Shown piece by piece: positions 38,164 to 49,452 of a stretch of 64,000 nucleotides of DNA. The notes beneath the pieces are model-generated. The model searched no databases and was not told the origin of the DNA. It saw only the letters and a program-made list of their open reading frames with translations. The first letter of the stretch is position 1. Every line of letters begins with the position of its first letter. The stretch is from Marsupella aquatica (Eukaryota; Plantae; Marchantiophyta), in NCBI GenBank assembly GCA_973895155.1, contig OZ316898.1, positions 13,109,659 through 13,173,658 of the forward strand, written 5' to 3'. The translations under genes and the position numbers were made by a program.

Positions 38164-39189
38164 ATGGATGGAGGACATGTTTTCGAAAGCGAGCAGATGC
38201 GGTCAGTGCTTTCCTACCCTGCTCTAGTAGAGCTCCTCAACGATGCATTCGCTTCACCTTCTCGGTACTCGGTACCTGACCGTCAATTATACTCTGTTGG
38301 TAACAACAACTCAGGAGGCGATGATCAAATCCCAAACGGCATTCTTCTCATCATGCCGGCTTGGTCAAACACTTCGCAACAAGAGCATCAGAAAGCTTCT
38401 TACATCGGAGTGAAGGTCGTGACCGCTTTCCCAAACAATGTCAACATTGGGTTGGCGTCCGTGCTTGGTTTGTATCTCCTGTCTGACGGGCGCACGGGGA
38501 GACCTCTAGCACTCATGAACGGAACCGAGCTGACCTTATGGAGAACAGCTTGTGCGTCTGCTCTGGCCGCCAAATATCTAGCCAAGCCGAATCCCAAAGT
38601 GCTCACTATGGTGGGAGCTGGAGCTCTGGCTCCTCATCTGATTCAAGCCCACCTTGCGGTCCGCCCATCAATTTCGAAAATCTTTCTCTGGAATCGGACT
38701 CAAGCAAGAGCCGCTGACCTGGCCGAGTCTCTTAAACAATCACTGGCATTGGGGACGAGAGAAATTGAGATATGCACAGATCTGGAGTCGGCTGTCCGTG
38801 TCTCAGATGTCATCAGCTGTGCCACCAATTCCGAATCTCCTCTCGTGCAAGGGAAGTGGTTGGCTCCGGGATCTCACTTGGATTTGATAGGAGCCTACAA
38901 ACCCAATATGAGGGAGTGTGATGATGAGGCGGTGAGGATCTGTCGCCTGTTCGTCGACACCCCAGCTGCGATTACTGAAGCAGGGGATTTGTGTGGGCCT
39001 ATCAGTCGCAATGTCATCTCTCAGGACGCGATCGTGGGTGATTTGTTTGCCCTTGCTCGAGGGAAGGCGGAGGGCCGACAGAGCGCTGATGAGATCACAC
39101 TTTTCAAGTCCGTGGGATGCTCTTTGGAAGACCTTGCAGCCGCACAATTCATATATGAGAAATTGGATCACGGTCAGCACCGGTTCTAA
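38164..39189 (+). CDS. SARD4: Ornithine cyclodeaminase/mu-crystallin family reductase (SARD4-like), intronless
   Basis: Motifs LLIMPAW, YIGVKVVTAFPNN, GTELTLWRTACASALAAKYLA, Rossmann MVGAGALA, WNRT, DVISCAT, HLDLIG...MRECDD, EAGDL, ITLFKSVG..LEDL. The first in-frame ATG is at 38164; the ORF track starts at a GTG at 38143. Confidence 0.9.
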   Translation: MDGGHVFESEQMRSVLSYPALVELLNDAFASPSRYSVPDRQLYSVGNNNSGGDDQIPNGILLIMPAWSNTSQQEHQKASYIGVKVVTAFPNNVNIGLASVLGLYLLSDGRTGRPLALMNGTELTLWRTACASALAAKYLAKPNPKVLTMVGAGALAPHLIQAHLAVRPSISKIFLWNRTQARAADLAESLKQSLALGTREIEICTDLESAVRVSDVISCATNSESPLVQGKWLAPGSHLDLIGAYKPNMRECDDEAVRICRLFVDTPAAITEAGDLCGPISRNVISQDAIVGDLFALARGKAEGRQSADEITLFKSVGCSLEDLAAAQFIYEKLDHGQHRF

Positions 39190-40699
39190 CTTTTTTTCGT
39201 GCAGTAAGTAAGTTCAAACAGGACCATTCAAGCTGTCACTGTTCATCAGTTGTAAAATGATCTCTCCCTTGAAGTTGTCTTTGGGAGTTTCTTCAACAGT
39301 AATGAACTCTCATACTGTAAAGGGTATGGCGGTCTATGTCGAATGTCAAATCGGTGTAAAAGTTGCAGCAGGCCTGCCTTCAGGGTTTAGGGTTTAAAGT
39401 TCAGGAAGCAAGGAGCCCGTGGTACTAACAATCTGCTGATTCTGCTCAGCCTATTGGAAGAACGCGTTGCCACCAAATTTCAGCAATTCCTGATATTGAC
39501 TGTTGCTCATAATTGGGGCTGACATCTCTTTGCTCTGTCGACTGTCGTCCAACCAATTTTCCACACCGTATGCGGTGCGTGCTTGTCTCACATATGGACT
39601 AGTCATCAAGCTTCTAGATGTGACCTTATTTCTCAACCGCTGGTGCTCTCAACTCTGTGCCCTCCTGCGTGACGACGTTCTCTTTGCGGCAAGTCCGTCT
39701 CATTTGTCTCGGTCAGTGTTCTCCGCATCAGTACAGCAGTGCTTTGGCAGCCCTGTCTATTCACTGTAGAACATGAGTGATTTTCGGGTCTAAACATTCA
39801 TGGGCGATATTTACAAATTAATCATTCTTTTTCTTTGAATTTGAAAATTTCTTGTTGGGAATGTCTAGAGTACTGTGCGGATGGTGTTCCCTCCCCCAGT
39901 TCCTAAACGAATAACTTTTGCGTTTCAAAATTTCATGTTGATTGAGAAGAGAATTCCTACTCTCCACTTGGCTCCCTATTCCGATGCCAAACCTTCTCTC
40001 ACACGGCGGAATAGTTAGAGCCTGAACTCCTCTCCAACTATTCAAAATCATTCATCCGGCAACGCTCCTGTTCACTCCCCGAGGAATGCCGGCAAGACGC
40101 ACGCCGAAAATAGCTGAATAGCGAATGAAAGCACAGTTGAGGATGACAAGTGCCCACCCCACCGCCGTTGTGAGGAGTGGGAGGAATCTCAGGGCAGAGG
40201 GCAAGAGGGCAACTGGCAAGCCAGTTCATCAGTTCCATAGGTGGGGACTCTGGACATTCTATCGGTTACAGGTTACAGTTTAGATGATGGAGTAGGAGTC
40301 TCTACAGTCCCTTCGGTCATTGTGCATTTTTCCAACATCTCGTCACTCTTTTTTCTTCCAACATCTGGGCTTTCACGTGAAGTCTCTTCATCGCTGACAG
40401 CTGAGCTCCACAATCATGCCCTTCTCCATCTCCATCTCCATCTCCATTTCCTGCTTCTACTTCTCCGCCTCCCTCTTCGTGTTCTTTTTCTGCAACAGAT
40501 CTCGGATCTCCGGCCTACTTCAGTTTTCAAAAGTTTCCAAGCCATCACCAACATATTTAGTTTTCGAAGGCATCACCTCTATGTTGGATCTGGACAGCAC
40601 TGCCGCCGCTGTTTTCCTGTTCGCGAGGAGCTTTGGTTACCTCTCTTGCAACCTCCTACTTCGGTTTCTGCTGGGCTTATTGTTCTGGCAGCTTCAGCC

Positions 40700-42703
40700 A
40701 TGAGCATGCCCAACTCTGACATCATCAGATACCTCCTCTTCAGGTTGCGCACAGATCCAACAAGTCAGGAGCAGAACGACAGCCGTCAGGTGCTATTTCA
40801 GGGCTTGAAGCGCGAGTTGCAGTCTACTTTAGCGATCGATTTGCGCCCAGCAAGCAAGAGCTCGTGGTTGAGGGTAAAGGAGTATCTAGACGACGAGGAC
40901 ATCATCCTGCTATTCAGAGCTATAACGGAGCTTGATTTGCCGAGGTTGACATATCTAGACCTATCCCATAACAAGATTGGCGAGAAGAGTGGACTTGCTC
41001 TTGCAGAATCACTCCGTCAGGTATATTTACCGGCCTTGACACATCTCGATCTCTCTAATAACAGGATTGGGGAGAAGAGTGTGACTGCTCTCGCTGATGT
41101 GTTGGAAAGAGGGTACCTTTCAGGATTGACATGGCTCGATTTGTCACAGAACAACTCTCCGCATTATAGCACCACCAATGGAGAGAAAGAGAGCAGTGCT
41201 CTAGCCAGGGCCCTGATGTCTGGCAATCTCTCCAATCTACAGCATCTTGGGCTGCCCCCATGCAATCTGGACACCGTGGTAAGTGCCTTCTGGGAAGGCA
41301 GAATCAAAGATCTCACCCATTTACATCTCACTGGTTACTTCGCAGATGCAGCAACTGCCACCAGCGTACGTCTGGCATCCCAATCCATTAGAGAACTGTT
41401 TCAAATCGTCAAACACATGCCTTTGGAACACATATACCTGCGTAGGTGTGGCCTTACTTGGGATGTGATGGAAGAGTTCACACGAGCACTGGTCTCTAGG
41501 AGTGATCGCCACCACCATCAGTGCCTTCAGCATTTGGACTTGTCTGAGAACAACTTAGGCGTCCGAGGGGTGGTTGCCCTAGGAAAGGTAATGAAGGAAG
41601 GCCACCTGTCTAACGCCAGTCATCTCAGTCTCGGATCATGTAGCATAGATGATATTTATCAAATACGAGCTCTGGAAGAAGGGATCGGGTCTGGAAATAT
41701 GCCCAACTTAACATTTCTGGATATCTCCTCCAACAAGCTTGAATTCCTGGGTACCTGCTCTCTTGTCAATATGATCGAGGAAGGCCGATTGTCCAACCTG
41801 CTCCACCTAAATCTTAGCAATTGTAACATGCGAATGGCTCCTGGGTTGGAATCATGGCGGCCAGGGAAACCCTTAAGGACAAGGTCATACCTTGATTTGG
41901 ATGAGAGGGACATATTTGATTTCATTGCATCAATGAAGAACGGCTCCTTGGCTCAACTCAGAGTCTTGGACCTGTCGTTTAATAAGTTGGGCACTCAGGG
42001 ATGCACTGCCCTGGCTGGGGTGATTCAGGGAGGGTCTCTGCCGGATCTCGTTCAATTGCACTTGTGTGGGTGTGGAATAAAAGATAATGGCATTTTGAGC
42101 TTGGTGGAAGCCATGCGAGGTGGATACCTGCAGGCCTTGCAGTACCTTGACTTGGGATTCAACAAATTTGACAACCCTGGCGTTGAGGGTATAGCCGGAG
42201 CCCTCAAGGACGGTTTTCTTCCAAGCCTCCGGTTTTTGAATCTCTATCTGATGAGAGTGGACCAAGTCCCATTCTGCAAGGAGGCAATCGAATCAACTTA
42301 TGAGTCTATTTATGGTGCAGCAGGTGGAGAGGCTGGTCGCTCTCTGTCCAGGGATAAGGAGACGTTGGTGAGAATCTCCCTTTTCTGGGCACAAGTGAAA
42401 AGGCGTGACAGGCTTTCAAGAAGAGAGGCCAAAATGGGTCAGATGACAGAAGTGCTCAGGGATGCATTCATGCTGAACAACAAATTGACAGCCACTGTTG
42501 TGGGTTTTGGAGAATATGATCCCCTCTTCCAAGAATGCAGGGACAACAATTTGCAGTTGCGAGGGATGCAGAGTGTGCACAAATCACCATCCAGGGCAGA
42601 TCAGATGTCTTTCGCATCTATGACATCGTTGGCATATTTAACATCGTTGGCATCCCTTTCGGTTGTAGTTGTCTCCTTAGGATTATGTTTGTACATGGTA
42701 TGA
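40700..42703 (+). CDS. Intronless ribonuclease-inhibitor-type LRR protein (about 667 aa) with C-terminal hydrophobic segment
   Basis: Many repeats of roughly 28-31 aa with consensus LxxLxxLDLSxNxIGxxgxxALAxxLxxG. First in-frame ATG at 40700 (gccATGa). The protein ends ...LAYLTSLASLSVVVVSLGLCLYMV. Confidence 0.85.
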   Translation: MSMPNSDIIRYLLFRLRTDPTSQEQNDSRQVLFQGLKRELQSTLAIDLRPASKSSWLRVKEYLDDEDIILLFRAITELDLPRLTYLDLSHNKIGEKSGLALAESLRQVYLPALTHLDLSNNRIGEKSVTALADVLERGYLSGLTWLDLSQNNSPHYSTTNGEKESSALARALMSGNLSNLQHLGLPPCNLDTVVSAFWEGRIKDLTHLHLTGYFADAATATSVRLASQSIRELFQIVKHMPLEHIYLRRCGLTWDVMEEFTRALVSRSDRHHHQCLQHLDLSENNLGVRGVVALGKVMKEGHLSNASHLSLGSCSIDDIYQIRALEEGIGSGNMPNLTFLDISSNKLEFLGTCSLVNMIEEGRLSNLLHLNLSNCNMRMAPGLESWRPGKPLRTRSYLDLDERDIFDFIASMKNGSLAQLRVLDLSFNKLGTQGCTALAGVIQGGSLPDLVQLHLCGCGIKDNGILSLVEAMRGGYLQALQYLDLGFNKFDNPGVEGIAGALKDGFLPSLRFLNLYLMRVDQVPFCKEAIESTYESIYGAAGGEAGRSLSRDKETLVRISLFWAQVKRRDRLSRREAKMGQMTEVLRDAFMLNNKLTATVVGFGEYDPLFQECRDNNLQLRGMQSVHKSPSRADQMSFASMTSLAYLTSLASLSVVVVSLGLCLYMV

Positions 42704-45700
42704 GTGATAATAACAAAAAGGATCTCCATGCCAGGGTGAAAAAGCTGTTAATCTGTCTTTGCAATAACGACTTTGGTGAAGTCACAGTGCTAACTTCAGT
42801 GTTGAGTTTGTTTCAGAAGTTAACGAGAGCTTCATAGTAGGCCTATGGGTGAATATTGTCAGAATAATATCAGAGATTGAAGTTTATCACTTCATCCATA
42901 TTTGCGGAGCCCTTCTAGGGCACCAATCAGAAGTTCCACTAAGAGTGATTTGAAAGACAATTTGTCACGACTTTTCACTACTTTGAACTTAATATTTACA
43001 CCCTAGAACGACAGGAGAAATGCACTACAGCGAATTGATGTTGGTGCCATTTTGTATCAGCCCCATTGAGGACCCACGGAGATCGACCGAGATATAGTTG
43101 TAGGAATCAAGGCAGGAGGGCTAGTCATATCTGTACTTCAACCTCCAGGAGGTTTATTAGACGCCCCATTTATTGATGCTGAATGAAAGCAAGACAGAAA
43201 CTGAACATTAAAAATAATAGGGACCATTTCAACACTATTTATCAGGTTTGTTGACAAAGCTCAATGACAACTAGTTTTGTAGAGAAATGTCAGAAAGAAG
43301 ATTGCTTGATTGATGATGGGCAGAAGTTCGTGGGAGGGGCAAGCCGATTTTTGAGATAAGCTCTTGTTTGGTCATCATGCGCTGTGTCAACTGCCGGGTG
43401 GGTTTCCTGGACTGTAAGTTGATGGGCCGGCCGTCGGGCAAAGAGTACGAGTCCCCGGAATATTGGATGTTGACAGACGTAACGCTTCCATTTGCCTGTC
43501 CCTTTTGTACATCGTATGCAGTATTCAACCACCGCTCTCATGCATCTACCAACTGCACTGGACACCGCTTCTTTTGTATTGCCCCTTTTTGGAACGAGAG
43601 GTGCGGTGAGACGCAATTTGCCCTCCGGATTGTGCATGTGGAATACTCGGCCTCTGTTTGGTACCTAAATTGACTCAGAGCGGCATTGACAGATAGAATC
43701 TTTGTTTGTTGGAGAATGTTTTGAGGGGTCTTCAAAGGCAGAAGTGTCAGTCAGCACAGGGGTTGGCCCAACAGCATCCACTTTCCCAATCTGGTGGCAA
43801 GGAATGTTTCAACAGCAAAAACATGCACATGAGTTTGTGTTGCTAGAGCTTTTGTTGGAGACCCAGGTGTGGTACCGAGAATCCGTCTAAAGTATCACTA
43901 GATTGTTCGTGGGGCGTGGCAGGGTTTTGGGTTTAGCGGTTGAAGAAGAATGTTGGCGAGCTGTTCCCTCTCAGAAAGAGCAATCGACTCTCGAAGGAAG
44001 TTACTTCAGTGCTTGGATAGTTCAACAGGTCAACAGTCATTTCCCTTGACCAATATTATTGCTGTACGAGGCTTGCGAACTCATTTCTGATGCAGGTGAT
44101 CTTGCAGATGTTGGTCTTGCTTCAAGCAGATTACTCCATCGCACACAACATAGAGTATCATGTTTCCCCTATCAATTAGATTAGCCTGTTGTAGCAGGGG
44201 TTTAGTAAATGTAAGGTCTTGAGCGATATGCCCTGGAGTGGGCATGCGTCTCAATTTCTAGTGTGGAGTAAGAAGTTCATTGACTAAAAAGACATTCGAT
44301 GTATTGAACAAGATTCTTGGTTTTGGATGGCGGCAAGTAGTTCCCAACAGGTGTGGGAAGACCCACCTGGCACACATGTGACGTGACTGTTGAAATTTTA
44401 ATTATAGCTTTCAATTTTGGCAATGTCTTTTGCTCGTTCATCTAATCTCTTTTCAGGCCACGATGGGTATTTCAAAACAGTGACAAATTCTTTTCCCCTT
44501 CTTTTTATGGGACTACGGGACTCTGGCTCCCATAAAAAGAAGCTACTAGCAAAGTTAGCTACTAGCAACTTTGCGATCATAGCTTTGCGATCATATCTTG
44601 CTCGAAACTTTGCTAGTAGCTAACTGGACAGAGACCCTCTGCATAGGAAGAAACTGGCAGAGCTACTTGCATTCTGAAGTAAATTCTACTTCTTTGAAAA
44701 GTTGGTTGCTGGTAATTGCTAAGGAATCAAGTATTTCTAGAGCGCATTGTGTAGAATCGCTTGGGGCAAGTTGCGCGCCTTAGAGGACAGTATCTGGGCA
44801 CGTTGGCATAGTTTTCACGAACTATTATGGTTGACAGTAATCGAATGCGAGTCACCTGAATGACTAGATCTGCACGTCAATCAAGGAAGTGTTGAAACTA
44901 GTGTTCATACTTCATTTGACGTTCCCTTACACAACAACATTATTGGCTTCACTGAAATTAGATGATATCGGTGGACTGAAGTTAGATGATACCGGAAATA
45001 CTTCACAGGTCGTGCCTTTGGTGTTGATGATGTTGCAGGTAAATTGAGTGCTTCATCCTCTCAAAGGGAACTCAATCTCTCGTCCAAAGGGCCTTACAGA
45101 TGGGACTTCTTGTTCACTCTGTTTTCTGCAGAAACGAACCCGCTTGCAGCATCATGCATAATGTACATAAGTCTTCAGTGTTTCAAGCCATAGATCAATA
45201 CAATTACATTTCGCACAGGTAGGCTGGGGCTTCTAAACGACAAGACCAGGCAAGATTTTAGGGCCTTTGGTACCCATCTGGGTTGTGAGAACCGGAGACG
45301 AATCCCAAGAAAGCTTAATAAGCAGGATCTGAATAATTCTTTCGATTGGATATAAGGAGTTACATAATTATACAGCATTGTCTTGACTCATTCTTTCTAG
45401 GCTCCAGTGTTCTACTATTGATAGACAACAAGTCTGTTGAGGTCTGCAGTACCTGTCTTTCATGACCTCCGAAACGACTGATGGTTATCACATTTTGCCT
45501 TTGCCATTGGACCTTTCTGTCCAGTTGTCCCTCGTAAATTTCTGTAATAGGTGGCATATGGTAGTGTGTAGGTTCCGATTTGAGGGTTTTTAGACTTTGT
45601 AAGTCTCTTTAAAGGTGATACGGTGACATGGTCCTTTCAGTTATCTGTTTGAACGTTGGATATAACTCCAGCTTGTCTGCTGGATGATTAAAATGTTTGG

Positions 45701-45820
45701 CCAGTAGGGGCCCACTACTTGCGGTAAAAGCTTATTGCCACCACCCATAGTTCAACAAATACACAACTAAGTCCAGGGCGTGCAGTGCTAGAGCTCTAAG
45801 AAGTCAATCAGACAACCCTT

Positions 45821-46111
45821 TGAAGACATTCATTTTTTGACGTGAGACCCTGGAAGAAAATTTCATGTATTGACATTACAGGCCTGAACGGTCGAGGTCC
45901 CCACAGGAACCGTGGGGGGGGGGGGGGGGGGGGGGGGCGGCGCTTTAGAGCAGAATGGCTGGAGGGAGACGACCAGCTTAGCTAAAGGAACAGAAAGGAT
46001 CGAGTCACGTGCATTGCCTGTCTACTACAACCAAGCAGCCCACTTTAACATAAGGGAGCCTGGTCATCCTACTTGACTACGTAAGCGAGCTTTACGTGCC
46101 AGTTTTCAACA
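45821..46111. mobile_element. 291-bp solo-LTR-like insertion (TG...CA, 5-bp TSD CCCTT) containing a G24 run
   Basis: ccctt at 45816-20 and 46112-16 flank TGAAGAC...GTTTTCAACA. The paralogous flank near PPO copy 2 has a single ccctt (61671-75) and no insert. The G24 run is at 45914-45937. Confidence 0.7.
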
Positions 46112-47079
46112 CCCTTGTGTAGGTTTCATGAAAGGTTCTCACCATGATCCAAGCCGAGTTAGTGTAGGCTAATTAAAGTTTGACACCGTGGCTACATTTG
46201 TGTGATCCACAGATTCCGACCAGTTATCGTACTTTTGAAATTTTGTGAAACCTTTTTTTTCCCTGGAAAAGCCAATTGAAATTTACTGAAACTTGCACTC
46301 TGACTAGTTATCAATTCGATCCCATATCTCGAGTGGTGGTCCAAATCCGTGAAGTGTTTGAATTCGTTTTACTAGTAACAGCGTGATCTGCGCATCCTGA
46401 CTACATTAAAACTGTTAGAACTTCAATCCATGATCATCAACCTGTCCAAGGATTCTCTTCAGCACACCATTGCTTCCCACGCACAGCATTCATTCAGCCA
46501 CTGACGGTCAGGACTCACGCCAGTAAGTACGCCTCCGTTATTTTAGCGTCGTGTATGAAACTTGTTGAGGGGAGATCGGAAAGTACTGGCTGCGTATATG
46601 TATTTTCAGCACTCAGGTTCAATCTGACTTATCTCATGCATTTAGTTTCTCAGTGGACATCACTGAGTGTCTTTCCCTATCAACCAATTTCAGTGATCAT
46701 TAAGAAACTTTAGCCAGAATTTGTGTAATTTATTGAAGTCGTAATCATTCTCTGTCTATTGCTTACCTAGGCACAAATAATCTAGAAAATCCATAGAAAC
46801 TCTACCCAGTTATGCACTGATTTTTTTCGCCAATCTAATGTAGGATCTTCTGATCTTCTGATCTTCCACCAGTTTCTGCTCTAGTGAAACTCTACCCATT
46901 TATTTGATGAGCGTGAAAAAACGGTGATGCTAAATGTCAAAGGTCTACTTGTGTGAGCCATTCTGGCTGTCTGGAAATTTAAACATATATGTAGGTGAGG
47001 AGAAACGACAGAACATTCATCATCTATGATGAAGTTAAATAATCGGGTACAGATATATCGTCACTGAAGTCGCCCTTCT

Positions 47080-49452
47080 TCAAATGTCAATCGTGATGAA
47101 TTTGAATTTGATCAAGGTCTCATCTGGGTCTTCCTTTCGATACATAGGCACGAGAGTGATGACGACCTTTGAAGGGCCTGCTGGAGCTTCAATATCATCA
47201 AGTGTTCTTGAAATACTTTGCTTCCAGTCCAAATCCGGTTTCCCTTCGGTAGCAGATCGGCTCTGAACCAAGTTGGTGAATCTCCCAGAGAATTCTGCGC
47301 ATTTGGTTCGCACTGAATACTCGGCCGGGTTCAGCCAATCCACAAACACGTCAAACCCTGTGTTCCAAGATCTGTCGAGTTTGATTCCGTCAATGGTGAG
47401 GAACTCTTCAAGGTCGTGTGGATTCTCTGGTCTGTCCACCACCATAGTGAATGTCTTACCGCCGTTCAGGTGGTAGTATCCTCTCGAGTCTTTGCTTGGC
47501 ACTGGAAAGCTTTCGGCTTGGGCAATAAGTTCGTTGTAGCTAAGCTTATTACACTTGGTAGTGTTGAAGAAGACCCATGGTGCATCATTAGCGCCTTGAT
47601 AAACATATCCCAACTTTTTCGAGTCTAACGAGTCTCCTACCGTCACTCTTCTCAGATCCTTGTTTTCATCGTAGAACAGAAACTCAGCATTTAGAAAGTC
47701 AGGGTCCGAGTAGTCCTCATGAGTCTGACCTAGTACTGGCCCGATATCTTTCCATACCTGTTTTAGCCAACCACGGAAATATATCAGTTTTCACGAGCTG
47801 AACAATCAACTTAATTCTGCAAAATTTACCTGTCCTTCACCATAGAAATTAATCACATCGATCTGGTATTCGATAATCAATTATCTTGAGCTAATTAACT
47901 GACGTACCTGCCACATACGATCGATGTTGGAGTGATGAGCGAAGAAGGCTGGGTCACGGGCTGCGCGTGAAAGCTGGCCCATGTCGTTGCCTGGCGGGTC
48001 TGTTCCGATCCAGGAATGAACACCAGAGTGAGCACCAAGTTCTAGCGTTCCAGCACCTCCATTTGGGCCTCCAGTGCCTGTGAATTCAAAACCAATCAAT
48101 AGTTAGCTGACATCGTTGGGATTGCAAGCGCTCAAGATATGATTCGAATAAGCTCTTTAGGAAAGAGTCAAATTGTTTGTAATTCACGCTACCTAGGGAT
48201 GGTAGAAAGTCTTGTTTTCTTTATGGCTGGCTTAAAGGAGCTTCTGTGAAGAGTTTTCTCAGTCTGATCGATCGGTATATATACACACCTGACGCGTTTG
48301 AAGAGTTTTCTCAGTCAGATGGAGCGGTTTATACACACCTGACGGGTTTCCTGCGTGATAAGGCCGACCCATGAAAGTTTCTTTCGATGTTCCGCCGCTC
48401 ACCAATGCCTGGTACAATATGTTTAGATTACTTTCAATGATGTCTTCTCCAGATGCGTTGAAGAGAATCTGTGTTATTGCAGGTGTGACAGGGGTGTAAC
48501 TGATATCGGGGAAGTGCAGACGGCCATATCCCTTCGCATTCGCAGATCGATTGACATCGTATGCGGCGGAGGAAGTGTCGGCGTACAAGGCTGGGAAGTC
48601 ACCCCCCTGTTTCAGGCAAGCCCGATGTTTGGAAGAGCCATCTCCTACACTGTAGGGAGCATCCCAGTTCCAGTAATTGAGGCTGAAGTCGGGGTCTCCC
48701 AGGAGCGACTGCAGGATCCTCTCGTGGAAGTACAAGTACCACCTGCATATATTCATTGGTTGCAACACTTATCAGCTTCTCAGTGATCGAGATCGAATTC
48801 AAACTTCCTTGAGAATCGTAATTAACTCTGTAAGGAAAAATCATTGTAGCGACTACGTACCGGCAAACATGTGTGAAAGTGTCTAATTTATCCTTCAATT
48901 GAGACATTACTCTTTGTGGCTCCTGAATGTTTCAAGGACTAGACTGGTCTGGAATCGATGACATTGGTGGAGTGGTGCAGGTAATGATTTGACGTACCTG
49001 TGCCATGGAAAGAATAGCCAGCTCCAGTGGATGTCAATTCCCTGAGGAGATCCACTGCTGTTAACGGTCAAGAATGCACCCCCGCAGTAAGAGCAGTGAA
49101 GCTGCCATTGCTGAGCGAAGGAACGTGGGTCATCTTCTGGCAGCGCCCGCATCAACGTATACGCCTTGTTGACCTTAGCAGCGTAAGCTGCATCCGTGCA
49201 TTGCGCAGCTTTTCTAACTCTGATTTTTTCCGTCAATAGAGGAGGCGGCCCGTTGACGATCGGTCTAGTTGGCATGAGGGGACAGCACTGGATGGATTCT
49301 GAGGAATTGCCGTGCTGTGGATCAAGCAAGTAGGTTGAATTCCGGCAGTGATCGAAGGTTACCTTAAGTGGGTCGCCGTGCACAACTGCCGGGGACATGA
49401 AAGCTAAGGAGATCGTACACCACACCAATATACACAACAAGGGGACCTCCAT
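47080..49452 (-). CDS. PPO: Polyphenol oxidase (type-III copper tyrosinase family), secretory type, 4 exons
   Basis: Exons 49452-48998, 48742-48339, 48077-47908 and 47757-47080 join in frame. CuA: QQWQLHCSYC...[22 protein letters not shown]. CuB: GTLELGAHSGVH...MGQLSRAARDPAFFAHHSNIDRMW. Also DFLNAEFLFYDEN, KLGYVY and the C-terminal GFDVFV (KFDV-type) domain. N-terminal hydrophobic signal peptide. Confidence 0.93.

Noticed and set aside
38164-39189. Recent bacterial horizontal transfer of the intronless OCD-like gene
   Set aside because: The motifs match the plant SARD4-type subfamily and the composition resembles neighbouring host genes. Lack of introns alone is not evidence.
39381-39396. 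Interstitial telomere or chromosome-fusion scar (also about 60064)
   Set aside because: Only about two TTTAGGG units are present, and such short motifs are common in plant genomes.
40241-40699. 153-codon N-terminal extension of the LRR protein
   Set aside because: It starts at GTG, is pyrimidine-rich with a (catctc)n tract typical of a 5' UTR, and has no ATG before 40700.
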